From positions 2,816,001-2,880,000 of the forward strand of contig OY829846.1 in the NCBI GenBank assembly GCA_963691875.1: a stretch of 64,000 nt of DNA, given 5' to 3'. Within the stretch, counting starts at the first letter, position 1. Every line of letters starts with the position of its first letter. Below, piece after piece: positions 39,224 through 49,643 of this stretch. A model generated the notes under the pieces. It did no database searches, was not told where the DNA came from, and saw only the letters and a program-made list of their open reading frames with translations. This stretch comes from Aureliella sp. Its GTDB lineage: Bacteria; Planctomycetota; Planctomycetia; Pirellulales; Pirellulaceae. The translations under genes were made by a program, and so were the position numbers.

Positions 39224-39979
39224 ATGTCTTCAGACGCATCCGTTCCAAGCTTCAAACCATTCGCTATTTTGTCAGGTTTCTTGGCAATCGCTAGCATCAG
39301 GCTTTTTGCTTGGGATCAATCGGTTGTGGGATGGATAGGGAATTGGCATTTGCCTGGAGACTTGCGAAAAGCTATCAATCTGAGCGAAGCATTTGCTCAT
39401 GGCTTTGGAGCAGCTGCAATTCTGGGAGCGATTTTGCTGGTCCAAGGCCGTTCCAAACGACCGATTTGGACGGCGATATGCATCACTTTGGTCAGCGGCC
39501 TGCTTGCGAACGGACTGAAGGCAACCGTCGTTCGCATCCGCCCACATCAGGTCGGAAAGATCGAGGTTGCTCAAGAATCTAAGGCTCAGCCGGCAAAACC
39601 ATCAGGCGCAGTGAAGTTCGCATCACACGTTGAGCCATCGAGCGACAACCACGCCGAACATATCAAGGACAAGCCTGAAACCGTTCAGGCCACGTTCTGG
39701 GATGCCCGCCAACGGAGCTTTCCTTCTGGCCACGCTGCCACTGCTTGCGGACTTGCGATCGGCCTGAGCCTTCTTTTTCCTCGCGGAACACTTTTATTTG
39801 GTATGCTATCAGCGTTGGCTTGCCTACAGAGGTTGACTAGCGGTGCACACTTTCCCAGCGATGTCCTGGCGGGTGCGTCGATAGCTGCTGCATGTGCAGC
39901 CTTAATTCTATGGCTCCAAGTTCGCGTGCAAAATCGAAACGTCGAAGCTAGCTCGGTCGCAAACAGTCCGGTCGGCTAG
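39224..39979 (+). CDS. PAP2-family phosphatase
   Basis: KATVVRIRP, SFPSGH and QRLTSGAHFPSDV motifs; TM segments. Confidence 0.9.
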   Translation: MSSDASVPSFKPFAILSGFLAIASIRLFAWDQSVVGWIGNWHLPGDLRKAINLSEAFAHGFGAAAILGAILLVQGRSKRPIWTAICITLVSGLLANGLKATVVRIRPHQVGKIEVAQESKAQPAKPSGAVKFASHVEPSSDNHAEHIKDKPETVQATFWDARQRSFPSGHAATACGLAIGLSLLFPRGTLLFGMLSALACLQRLTSGAHFPSDVLAGASIAAACAALILWLQVRVQNRNVEASSVANSPVG

Positions 39980-40129
39980 CAACAAGAGAAGCTAATCCAG
40001 GAACAGAGGCACTCCTGGCTGGCAGCATCAGGAATAGCTCGTGCAACAGTGATTTCTATTTCGCTGCGGATACAGCACCTCGATGCACCGTAGCTTCGAG
40101 CCGGTTGTCGGATCACAGATTCTACTGGA

Positions 40130-40924
40130 GTGCCACAAATGTTGCGATCAATCCTTTCGCTTCCTTGTCTTGCTTTTCTCTCTATATGTCTTTCAAGTCT
40201 ATGCGCCGGACCTGGTTTTTCCGGTGAGCCAGACGAAAAGGCAAAGCAGAATTCCAGTGCGGAGTCGGGCAGTGGTAATGCCTCTGCCCCGCGTGAAAAG
40301 AAAGAGCCTCGCCGCGCGGTAGTGATCACCCGCGAGCTAGTCGAACTGGAAAAGCAAACGAACAAACTCAAATCCGATGTGGACAAAGGTGAGAACATCA
40401 TCCGCATCTGTGAACTCTTTGTTGAAGTCGGAGAACATCCTAGCATCAGCACCAACGGAGCCTTCCAAAGTTTGAACATGCGAATTCGAAATCGACTTCG
40501 TGGCATCGAACGCCGCCTAGTCAAAGAAATGAAGCAGCGCAAGATCCCTGAGCCGCCCGAAATGGTGGCTCGACGAGAAGAAGAAAATAAACGCCGCGCC
40601 GCTGGTAACTCAGCAGCCTACGGTTCCGCGAGCAATGGATCCGCTGGACAGGGCAACAGTGCACTCGGTGGATTCCACCGCAACTCGCCGTCAGGCGAGA
40701 ATGCTGCGGGAAATTCGCCCGGCGCAAATGCTGCTCCGGGCCCAGACTATGGTTGGTATTTGGTCAATCTCATTCGAACGGTCATCAAGCCTGAGTATTG
40801 GTCGGTAGCGGGAGGACCGGGTAAGGCGATATACTTTCCTAACTCGCGGGCACTCATCATTCACGGAAGCTGGCGAATTCAAGAAGACGTCGCCGACTTG
40901 TTGACCGCTCTGCGAGGCGGCTGA
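40130..40924 (+). CDS. Hypothetical secreted protein with a C-terminal secretin-N-domain-like module
   Basis: Signal peptide; LVNLIRTVIKPEYW..GGPG..ALII..QEDVADLLTALR. Confidence 0.7.
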   Translation: MPQMLRSILSLPCLAFLSICLSSLCAGPGFSGEPDEKAKQNSSAESGSGNASAPREKKEPRRAVVITRELVELEKQTNKLKSDVDKGENIIRICELFVEVGEHPSISTNGAFQSLNMRIRNRLRGIERRLVKEMKQRKIPEPPEMVARREEENKRRAAGNSAAYGSASNGSAGQGNSALGGFHRNSPSGENAAGNSPGANAAPGPDYGWYLVNLIRTVIKPEYWSVAGGPGKAIYFPNSRALIIHGSWRIQEDVADLLTALRGG

Positions 40925-40969
40925 TCGACGCCTTTCATCGACGCTTATCCTCAAGGTTTTGAAAGAGAA

Positions 40970-41212
40970 ATGGGACTGGACGACACTTTTCGCGCACGTT
41001 GCCCTAGTTGTGATTTGCTCGTTGATCCTGAAGCAAATCCAAAGTCGTTGCCGTTTTGCAGCGAGCGTTGCCGTCTAGTCGACCTTGGGCGTTGGCTGAA
41101 CGAAGAGCACTCTCTACCAGCACAAGTCGATGACGAGGAAGAAGAGTCGGCAGTGCGCGGAGAACCAGCACCTCGTAAGCCCCAGCTCCCTCCTGGTTGG
41201 CACGACGCCTAA
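40970..41212 (+). CDS. yacG: DNA gyrase inhibitor YacG
   Basis: CPSC...PFCSERCRLVDLGRW zinc finger. Confidence 0.9.
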   Translation: MGLDDTFRARCPSCDLLVDPEANPKSLPFCSERCRLVDLGRWLNEEHSLPAQVDDEEEESAVRGEPAPRKPQLPPGWHDA

Positions 41213-41407
41213 CCATACGCCCGCATCACCACCAGACCTCTAGATGCAATCACAGCAAGGCAGACACCTTTATTCTTAGTATGAAATTTCCGCTCCCTGC
41301 GGATTCTTAGCATCATTGCGTGTTCGTACCAAAAGCTAGATATTGGAGTGAGTGTCGCAGGCGTTTTTCGTTGCGGCGCAAGAGCTTCACTCTTTCAGGA
41401 ATTCCCC

Positions 41408-44400
41408 ATGCTTCGGCCTCGATTGACCGCGCTATCTTCACTGTTGCAACTCAGCTTTGGCACTGCCGCTGTAATGGTTTTCATGGGTAACTTGGCTGTA
41501 GCTCAGCAAGGGAAAGCGACCAAGCCAGACCGATTTGCAACAGTTGCCGAGAAGAGTGGCTACACCGACACTGCGAACGAAGCGGAAGTAGCCAACTACT
41601 TGCGCGAGCTGGCGAACAGCTGGCAAGCAGCTGAATTGACCAACATCGGCGTCACCAATGAAGGCCGACCACTCTGGGGCCTAATCGTCGAGCCGCAAGC
41701 CAAAACCGAGATTGCTCCCGTCACCGTCTTGCTACTCGGCGGGATACATTCCGGTGAATGCGATGGAAAAGAAGCCTTGCTTGCTTTGGCCAGAGATATG
41801 GCGAGTGGGAAACAAGGCGATTGGTGGCACGGTCTGCGAATAATTTGGTTGCCCAACTTCAATGCAGACGCCAACGAGCGACGTGGCAAGCTACATCGTC
41901 CAGGGCAAGCGGGCCCAAGCCAAGGCATGGGCGTCCGAGAGAACGCGCAGGGCCTGGATTTGAATCGCGACTTCGTCAAACTCGACTCACCTGAAGTGCG
42001 AAGTCTCGTCGCAGCGCTCAGCGAATACGATGTCGACGCGCTGGTCGACTGCCACACCACGAATGGATCGCTGCACCAATACCAGCTCACTTACGACATC
42101 CCTCACAACCCGGCCACACCAGCCAGTGTCGAAAGCTGGCTTCGCGGCAGTTTGATGCCACAAGTTCGCGAACGACTTGGCGAAAAGGGATTCAAAACTT
42201 TCTGGTACGGCAACTACGATCGAGCACACAGTCGCTGGAGTACGTATGGGTACGAGCCGCGTTACAGTACGGAGTACATGGGGTTACGCGGGAAGATTGG
42301 AATTCTGGCCGAATCATACTCCTACGCCAGCTACGAGACACGCGTCAAAGTTTCCTATCACTTCGTGGAAGAAATACTCCGAGGTTTGGCGGAAAACCAC
42401 GAAGCGGTTCGTGAGATGATCGATGCCGTCGAAGCTGCTCCCAAAGCTGGACGTCCATTGCCGCTGCGTGGGAAGATCGTGAAGACGGCTGAAGGTGTGA
42501 CGACCAAAGGATACCAGAAGCCAGATGGGAGTACTCCTCGGCCTCCGTATGGAGAACATTCTTTCGCTGAGCACGACAAGAAAGACTACGTTGTCGATCT
42601 TTGGAATCGCGCTGAAGCGACACACGTCGTCGATATCCCAAAGTACTACGTGCTGCCCGCCCAGTACGCTTGGGCCGCCAGCCGACTTGTTGGTCATGGT
42701 GTGCAGATCCAACAGTTGATCGAGAACCAAGCAGCCAAGGGTTCTGTCTACCAGGTATCGCAAGTCGAAAAACTCTCCGAGTTTCAACTGCACCGCCGAC
42801 TGAAAATCGAAGCCGTAGGCACGGACATGACGGCTGATCTCGGCGCCGGTTGCTTCGTCATCAACACCAATCAACCGCTCGGTGTTCTCGCTTCGTACCT
42901 GCTAGAACCGATGGCTGACGACGGACTTGCGGCTTGGAATTTCTTGGATCCCGACTGTGAGGCGAACAAGCCGTTTCCTGTTTTCCGTATCAATCAGACC
43001 ATATCTGCAGATGTTCTAAAGCCAGTCGCGCTGATCGACAACACAGAACGAATTACGCTGGATCGGCTGCAAGCACCGGAAAAACGTGTGCAATACGGAG
43101 GCCGTAGAATTCGCAGCGCACGTTGGCTGAAGAATAGCAGTGACTATGTCATTACTGGCGGCTGGGGCAGAACCTACGCTGTTGACGCTGCTACCGGATC
43201 ACGTCGCCCGCTAACTGAGATGGACTCGTTTCGCAGCAAGTTGTCAGAGCTGGAATCGTTCTCGCCCGAACAAGCTCAAGCTGCCGCAACCATTTCCGCG
43301 TTCACCGATGATTGGAAGTTCGCTACGGTTTCCCATGACAACGATTTGTACTTCTTTGATGCAGAGAGCAATGAGGTTCGACAGCTGACAGATTCCTCAG
43401 ATGAGGCCGAGCGGCTTTCGGACCTGAGCCCGACTGGCGAGCACATCGCCTTCGTTCGTGACAACAATCTGTGGCTCGTCGATTGCAAGACAGCGGAGCT
43501 CAAGCAACTCACGCAAGATGGTTCCGTCGAACTTTTGAATGGAATTCTCGATTGGGTCTACCAGGAGGAACTTTACGGGCGTGGCAACTTCAAAGGCTTC
43601 TGGTGGAGCCCGGATGGTTCGCAGATCGCAATGCTGCAGCTCGATCAAACGCCAGTACCGAGTTACCAAGTCTCAGACAGCACGACTTTCGGCCAATCGC
43701 TGGAAGCGACCCGTTATCCTAAAGCCGGACAGCCTCTGCCGACCGCGCGAGTTTGGCTGCTGGACATCGCCACAGGCGAAAAGCGAGAAGTGGATCTGTC
43801 CAAATGGGAATCGAACGATCGGCTGATTGGTCGTGTCACTTGGTCGCCCACAGGACAACTTTGGCTTCAGGTTTTCAACCGTGTTCAGAATCGATTAGAA
43901 CTCGTCCGAGTGAACCCCGAAACCGGTGTTACCAAGGTTCTTTTTACCGAAGAGAGTCCCGGCTGGATTGAAATTCGCGGAGTGCCCGAGTTCTTGCCCA
44001 GCGGCGAGTTCCTATGGCTAAGCGATCTGCCCGCGGGACGCACTCATCTGTTCCGAGTCAACGCTACCACCGGCAAGCGGACGCAGCTGACCAAGGGGGA
44101 ATGGGAGATCGATGCTCTCGAGCTGATCTCGTCAGACTTCAAGACGGCTTTTGTATCTGGCAATATCACGAGTCCCATCGAACGCCAACTTCTAGCGATT
44201 GACTTAGAGAACAACGCGATTTGTCAAGTCACCGCTGCTCCTGGAACCCACCGCGTATCCCTCAATGCCTCGGGCGAGTTCTTCTTCGACGTATTCAGCA
44301 GTACGGATTCGCAGCCTGTTGCAACTCTGCATCGCGCGGACGGAGAACTTCTGCGAGTGACCGAAGCTCCGATTTCGGATCGACATCAATTTATCAGTAT

Positions 44401-45211
44401 CGATCCACCAAGCACCTTTGCGATCAAAGCACGGGATGGTGTGGAGCTCCAGACACAGTTGATGCTCCCGAAGGGTTTTGATCCCAAGAAGCCGAGCGGG
44501 AAACTTCCGGTGTTATTTCATGTTTATGGAGGCCCGCAAGCTCCAACAGTGAAGAATGAATGGCAAAGCCGTTATTATTGGTGGCACCAAATGCTCTGCC
44601 AGCAGGGTATCGCAGTTGTGCTTTGTGACAACCGAGCCTCTCGCGGCCGCGGTGTGAAGGACACTTGGACCATTCGTGGCGACATGTGCCGTGTCGAGTT
44701 ACAGGACTTGGAAGACGCAGTGAAATGGGTGAATGAGCAACCCTGGGCCGACTCTAAGCGAGTCGGTCTGTGGGGCTGGAGCTACGGAGGCTACTTCACA
44801 TCCTACGCACTCACTCACAGCAAGCTGTTCAAGTGTGGCATCGCTGGCGCACCAGTGACTGACTGGCGCAACTACGACGCGATTTATACCGAACGCTATA
44901 TGGACTTGCCGCAAAATAATCCAACGGGCTACGAGTCCAGCTCCGTAGTGAAAGCTGCTGGGAATTTGCACGGCAACCTGATGCTGATTCATGGCGAGCG
45001 AGACGACAATGTGCATATCAGCAACACTTTCCAGCTCGTCAACGCACTTCAAGCCGCTAATAAGCAGTTTGACCTGATGATTTATCCTCGCAATCGTCAC
45101 GGCATTGTCGATCCCAAGCAGCGTTATCACATGTTCCAGATGATGACGCGATTCTTAGAGAGACATCTTGAACCAGGTGTGCCTGCAGCACCGATTGCGA
45201 TCCCCAAGTAG
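41408..45211 (+). CDS. Fused M14 metallocarboxypeptidase and S9B dipeptidyl-peptidase IV-like protein
   Basis: M14: GIHSGE, DLNRD, DCH. DPP-IV propeller: DWVYQEE, YPKAG. S9: VYGGP, GWSYGG, DDNVH, RHGI. ATG 41408 follows AGGA. Confidence 0.9.
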   Translation: MLRPRLTALSSLLQLSFGTAAVMVFMGNLAVAQQGKATKPDRFATVAEKSGYTDTANEAEVANYLRELANSWQAAELTNIGVTNEGRPLWGLIVEPQAKTEIAPVTVLLLGGIHSGECDGKEALLALARDMASGKQGDWWHGLRIIWLPNFNADANERRGKLHRPGQAGPSQGMGVRENAQGLDLNRDFVKLDSPEVRSLVAALSEYDVDALVDCHTTNGSLHQYQLTYDIPHNPATPASVESWLRGSLMPQVRERLGEKGFKTFWYGNYDRAHSRWSTYGYEPRYSTEYMGLRGKIGILAESYSYASYETRVKVSYHFVEEILRGLAENHEAVREMIDAVEAAPKAGRPLPLRGKIVKTAEGVTTKGYQKPDGSTPRPPYGEHSFAEHDKKDYVVDLWNRAEATHVVDIPKYYVLPAQYAWAASRLVGHGVQIQQLIENQAAKGSVYQVSQVEKLSEFQLHRRLKIEAVGTDMTADLGAGCFVINTNQPLGVLASYLLEPMADDGLAAWNFLDPDCEANKPFPVFRINQTISADVLKPVALIDNTERITLDRLQAPEKRVQYGGRRIRSARWLKNSSDYVITGGWGRTYAVDAATGSRRPLTEMDSFRSKLSELESFSPEQAQAAATISAFTDDWKFATVSHDNDLYFFDAESNEVRQLTDSSDEAERLSDLSPTGEHIAFVRDNNLWLVDCKTAELKQLTQDGSVELLNGILDWVYQEELYGRGNFKGFWWSPDGSQIAMLQLDQTPVPSYQVSDSTTFGQSLEATRYPKAGQPLPTARVWLLDIATGEKREVDLSKWESNDRLIGRVTWSPTGQLWLQVFNRVQNRLELVRVNPETGVTKVLFTEESPGWIEIRGVPEFLPSGEFLWLSDLPAGRTHLFRVNATTGKRTQLTKGEWEIDALELISSDFKTAFVSGNITSPIERQLLAIDLENNAICQVTAAPGTHRVSLNASGEFFFDVFSSTDSQPVATLHRADGELLRVTEAPISDRHQFISIDPPSTFAIKARDGVELQTQLMLPKGFDPKKPSGKLPVLFHVYGGPQAPTVKNEWQSRYYWWHQMLCQQGIAVVLCDNRASRGRGVKDTWTIRGDMCRVELQDLEDAVKWVNEQPWADSKRVGLWGWSYGGYFTSYALTHSKLFKCGIAGAPVTDWRNYDAIYTERYMDLPQNNPTGYESSSVVKAAGNLHGNLMLIHGERDDNVHISNTFQLVNALQAANKQFDLMIYPRNRHGIVDPKQRYHMFQMMTRFLERHLEPGVPAAPIAIPK

Positions 45212-45631
45212 ATGACAAAGCCTGAGCGGTGGAATCCGGCCCCCTCCACTTCTCATTTTGCGGAACAAGCCAGATCATGAAACCTGGCGACGGTGCTTTG
45301 GCTTTCAGAACACCTTTGTCGCGAATGAGCCTTCGGATATGGAGAACGATGGGTTCAGCTTCTCCGAAAGCTTCCGTTTCTTTCTCTCCTGGAGTATCAA
45401 AAGTGAAGGAGCCATCTAGAAACTCTATTAGCGGGAGTTGGGTCGGTTCCCGAAGCTAGAAACTAGCTTCCGATCAGTAGATCCTGTGCAGCAAAAGCAC
45501 CCCCAATACGCGTCTTGCTCCGCGAGCATCAACTTGGCAAGCAAATGCAAGCTGCTAACAATCGCCCCCACGGGTAAAACCAGTGCCACGCTATAACGCG
45601 AGCGGCCGAAGCCTGGATTCCAGCGAAAGGT

Positions 45632-46462
45632 TCATACTTTCAAAGCCAACAGCACTTCTCGTTTGCCACTGGGTGGACCTCGGAGCTTGTGCACTTCAAA
45701 TCCAGCTTGTGCCAAGTCACGACGGACTCTGCCTTTAACGCAATAACTCGTCAGGGTGCCTCCTTCAAGAAGAAGATCATGGCAGTGGCCAAAGACCTCC
45801 GGCGTCCAGAGTTCTGGGTTCGTATCAGGAGAGAAGGGATCGAAGTAGATCGCATGAAAACGACTCTGCTTTTCAGCCGTAAATTGCTGTGCGTCATCGA
45901 GAAAGACAGTGAGCTCGATTTGGTCTGCAACTTTGCAACCGCGCGACCGCTGCGGAGCATGCATGCGATCCATCTCACTTTCCGGCTCGGACAGTAACTC
46001 GTACGTACACTTCTTGAGTGCCTCAAGTTGCTCGGCAAGCCTTCGCAGAAAGGCGTCTTGATCGTCCGCAGGAGTGCTGGCTAAGGGTAGCCTATCAACG
46101 GCCCCCAGAAAGCTTGCTGCCAGTGGCAAGTCGGCTAACAGGTCCGAAGGCAATAAATTATTTTCGAGCGAAGTGTAGCTCAACGGACATCCAGCGACCT
46201 TTGCAAAAGCCGCAGTCAAGAAAAAGGCAGTGCCAGTACCGAAGCCGTACTCCAGAACGCGAGTGGGCTCACGAGAAATCAATCGCTCGGCCACGCCGCT
46301 ATTGATCAGATAGACGCACCAGGATTCAGCGAGAGCGCCGCACCCGCTGTGATAGGTTTCGCCAAGCTGGTTATCTTTCAGAGTTCGACTACCGTCGTCG
46401 GTGATGATCCAGTCGTAACGAGTATCGGCGGAAGGTAATCGGGGACGTTGTGGAGACGGCAA
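45632..46462 (-). CDS. MnmC N-terminal-like (MnmD) tRNA U34 SAM-dependent methyltransferase
   Basis: TDDGSRTL..GETYHS..GA, LEYGFGTG, YFDPFSP..NPELW and GKRE. Confidence 0.82.
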   Translation of the reverse strand: MPSPQRPRLPSADTRYDWIITDDGSRTLKDNQLGETYHSGCGALAESWCVYLINSGVAERLISREPTRVLEYGFGTGTAFFLTAAFAKVAGCPLSYTSLENNLLPSDLLADLPLAASFLGAVDRLPLASTPADDQDAFLRRLAEQLEALKKCTYELLSEPESEMDRMHAPQRSRGCKVADQIELTVFLDDAQQFTAEKQSRFHAIYFDPFSPDTNPELWTPEVFGHCHDLLLEGGTLTSYCVKGRVRRDLAQAGFEVHKLRGPPSGKREVLLALKV

Positions 46463-46479
46463 GGTTGAGGCCTCCTGAG

Positions 46480-46737
46480 CTAGACTTTCTTAGTTAGCAA
46501 TTCTGCGACTAAGGCAGGATCGTCTTGGGCGCGGAGGTGATCGATAGTCTTCTGCGGCACACCGGCTTTGGAAAGGCTCTTGGCCAATGAGTCCCAAACC
46601 TTTTGACGCTTCTTTCCTTCGGCCAAGTACAACTCGGTTACCAGCTCTTGAGCGCGCTGCAGCCCGATATTGTCGGCATTCTCATAGTATCGACGAATGA
46701 CGTTTTGCTGGTACTTGGAGTAATTCTTCTCGCTCAT
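46480..46737 (-). CDS. Small hypothetical protein
   Basis: 85 aa (YSKYQQNVIRRYYEN); co-oriented, 17 bp upstream of the methyltransferase gene. Confidence 0.75.
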   Translation of the reverse strand: MSEKNYSKYQQNVIRRYYENADNIGLQRAQELVTELYLAEGKKRQKVWDSLAKSLSKAGVPQKTIDHLRAQDDPALVAELLTKKV

Positions 46738-47877
46738 GGGATTCCTTCGGGGGTATATCTGGTTGCTGGAGCAGCGGGAAATACCAGCAATGCTGCAGCT
46801 GCTTCTAGCAGAAGTATCGTAATTGCTTGCCTGAGACTTGTATGATCTCCGATAAGCCCTAAATCGCCAACAAGAATTGCAGGATTGGAGCCGGAGAAAT
46901 TGGGCATTCCTAGATGAGGCTCGCAGCAGAGTCCCCCTCGAATGTCTGACTGCAAAGAAAAATGCTCCGCTTCGGGCACTTGGCCCATTGGCTTAGTCAA
47001 GTGGTTTATCGGATTAGAATCACACTGTGCATTTCTAGTGGGCACAAAGTAACTTTGTGGAGACGCAATATCCAATGCAACATCTTGGTAACGCTGTGGC
47101 AATCGTAATTGGCTGCGTCTGCCTGTTCGCAGCGTACTGCAACGAGTACTTATGGAGGCGCTGCTAGGACGCGGTCAAAAACACCTGGATTGACCATCGT
47201 AGACGGCAAAAGTATTTCGCATCAAATCGAATTCGAATTTCAAGGCAAGACTCGGCGACTCGATTCCGAGGATGAAGATCTGTCGGGAGTGGTCGGAGCA
47301 TCCGTAATGATCCCCGCAAATCCTCATACAGATGGATGCACCATGCCGAATACCCACAATATATTGCGAAACTATCCGCCACATCGGACGCAAAAATCTG
47401 GCACTGCGACCACTGCAAGAACAACGTCTAACCGTGTGAATCTGTCGAAAAGTTGAAAAAGTGCTCCAACGCTGGACAGTGCGTCACCTTAAGTTTCCAA
47501 CCATGCGCGCCAGACGACACAAATGTCGGCGATGTGGTGCGTGTGAGCAGCGCCATTTTTTGAACATCGATCCGACCATGGAGAAGCTTGATGCTGCCGG
47601 AAGCAAAGAAGAGGTGCTGCACCATGTCTTGGAGCGATCCATGCCCACTTCGATATCATTGAGTGAAATTGGAGATATCCAAGAAAACAGTCAGAGGAAC
47701 TCTCTCTTGGAGACTGAACAAATACAAGCACAACGCGTAATTGAGTGAGTCAGTCGCATATCAAGTGACTAAAGCCTGGGCTCCAGCAAAGTTGTGTAAG
47801 CGGAAGCAAAAGGGAAGGGCATAGTGAAGTCTCGCTCACGCTTCGGGTTGAGTTAGCCAATCTTGTGCCTCGCGGGA

Positions 47878-48366
47878 CTATTTCTCGACTCGCCGAAACA
47901 CCTTCTCAGAGTGAGTGCCGTTTGACGCCAACTTTAGCGAACGTTGACCATTCGATGCAGCTTCAAGCGTCACTTGAAGATAATCGTCGGGCAAGCTCTC
48001 AGGAAAACGCTCGGCCCATTCGATCAACACGATATTCGGTTGCTCGAAGAGCTCATCAATGCCGAGATCCCAAACTTCATCAATGTTGCTGAGCCGGTAA
48101 TAGTCGAAGTGATAGACAGGGCGTTGAGCAGAGTAACGCTGGAGAAGTACGTAGGTTGGACTGGTTACTTCCTCCGCTGGTACGTCCCAAGCCTCGGCCA
48201 TAAAGCGAATAGCCTGCGTCTTGCCGGTGCCCAATGTGCCGGTGAAAGCCACGGTGATAGCCGTAGACGTCGAATCGATTTCCGCATCGATCGCCTTGGC
48301 AAGTTGAACTGCGAAAGCCTTGGTAGCCTCGAGCGAGGCCAAGCTTCGGTGCAACACATCACTCAT
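47878..48366 (-). CDS. tsaE: tRNA threonylcarbamoyladenosine biosynthesis ATPase TsaE
   Basis: GTLGTGKT, VTSPTY, HFDYYRL and LIEW; ATG 48366 overlaps the upstream stop. Confidence 0.93.
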   Translation of the reverse strand: MSDVLHRSLASLEATKAFAVQLAKAIDAEIDSTSTAITVAFTGTLGTGKTQAIRFMAEAWDVPAEEVTSPTYVLLQRYSAQRPVYHFDYYRLSNIDEVWDLGIDELFEQPNIVLIEWAERFPESLPDDYLQVTLEAASNGQRSLKLASNGTHSEKVFRRVEK

Positions 48367-49636
48367 CTTGCACCTGCTCTGCTTTCGGAAGGGAGCGGCT
48401 AGCGATCGACCATAAAAACGGCTCACGGATGCGTTCGATCTCCTTCGTGCCTTTGTACTCTCGGCGAGATCGTTTTCCATCCAATCTTGCAGCGGGTCCA
48501 AGCACGGTTGCTCGTACTTCGAAGGGAGAGTCGACGCGTTTGGCCAAGTTGAGTGCGATACCAGCTTGAAAACGGGCTTGGGGATAGATGGGAACACCAA
48601 GCTGCTCGAGTGACCATTTATCGATTGGGACGCGAATCCAGATCTGCGTGAGTTGATCTTCCTCCTGCATCAAGTCTTGCAGCTCCTGCGGCAGACGCTC
48701 CTTGGCTGAGGCAGCGACTTCTACGACGACGCGTGAACTGTGCGGCGCGTACAAAGCCCAACTTGGCCAGTGATCCCACCAACTCACGCGCTCGAGCAAT
48801 GGCAGAAAAAGCACCGGTGCAAGCAATGCCTTAGGCAGCCAAGCTTCGGTCGGTGCACCAATGGCGTCCTGTAGGCTTGCGGTTGAACCAGGCTCTTCGG
48901 ATATCGCCGGAATTCCTCGCTTTACCTCGGGCTCCACCACCGACTCTCGGACAAACAACAGCCAAGCCAGGCCGACAAAATGTAAGTTCCAAAGTATCAC
49001 GCCCAAAGAATGATTGAGCCCAAGCGGACTGAGCAGCAGGACCAGCCCCAGGTGCAACAAGCAGGCAAGCCAACCTGCGATCCACCGAGTCCGCCTCCAA
49101 ATCAATCCGATCGCCACTACCAACTCCACCAGTGGCATCATAAAGGCCAATGCAAGTTGGGTCCCGCTTGAAAGCTGAGTGGTATCGACAAACCGGGCAA
49201 GCCCTGCCTCAACGAAACTCGCGCCGACGGTAAATAGAAACTCGTAGTCAATCTTGCTTATTGCCGAGTAGATGTAGATGCTGACTACTAAACATTGCAA
49301 CAACTTATGTTGCAGTTTTTCATCGCGGACCAGGAATAATGCAGCGACCAGCGTGAGTTGATAGTGCCAGGGCTGCAAGCGGTGCTGGTTCAGGGCAACA
49401 AGCCCAAACGCGCCGAACAAGACCAGCACTGGACCAACAAAGTTCTTCGAACCAGCTGTTAACGCCCATCCGAGAACTAGCAACCCGAGGAGCAACCAAT
49501 CGATCCAGATCGGTACTTGCATGAAAGACTCAAGCAACGGGAGCTGTGGGAAGCCGTCGGAATGTGGGGCTTGAACCCAAAGAGGATAAGTGACCGCGAG
49601 CAGCGCGATTGCCGAAAGTGCCGACCAGCCACGCAA
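48359..49636 (-). CDS. Multi-pass membrane protein (DoxX/MauE/HTTM-like)
   Basis: QHRLQPW, SIYIYSAISK and WDHWPSWALY motifs; many TM helices. Confidence 0.7.
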   Translation of the reverse strand: MRGWSALSAIALLAVTYPLWVQAPHSDGFPQLPLLESFMQVPIWIDWLLLGLLVLGWALTAGSKNFVGPVLVLFGAFGLVALNQHRLQPWHYQLTLVAALFLVRDEKLQHKLLQCLVVSIYIYSAISKIDYEFLFTVGASFVEAGLARFVDTTQLSSGTQLALAFMMPLVELVVAIGLIWRRTRWIAGWLACLLHLGLVLLLSPLGLNHSLGVILWNLHFVGLAWLLFVRESVVEPEVKRGIPAISEEPGSTASLQDAIGAPTEAWLPKALLAPVLFLPLLERVSWWDHWPSWALYAPHSSRVVVEVAASAKERLPQELQDLMQEEDQLTQIWIRVPIDKWSLEQLGVPIYPQARFQAGIALNLAKRVDSPFEVRATVLGPAARLDGKRSRREYKGTKEIERIREPFLWSIASRSLPKAEQVQDE

Positions 49637-49643
49637 AGTGCAC

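Noticed and set aside
45680..45720. CTTCAAATCC, resembling the tRNA-Sec anticodon arm
   Set aside because: It lies antisense within the methyltransferase CDS, with no acceptor stem, T-arm or CCA.
45632..46462. Link between the MnmD-like gene and SelD through 2-selenouridine
   Set aside because: No selU (rhodanese plus P-loop) gene in the window, and the genes are about 27 kb apart.
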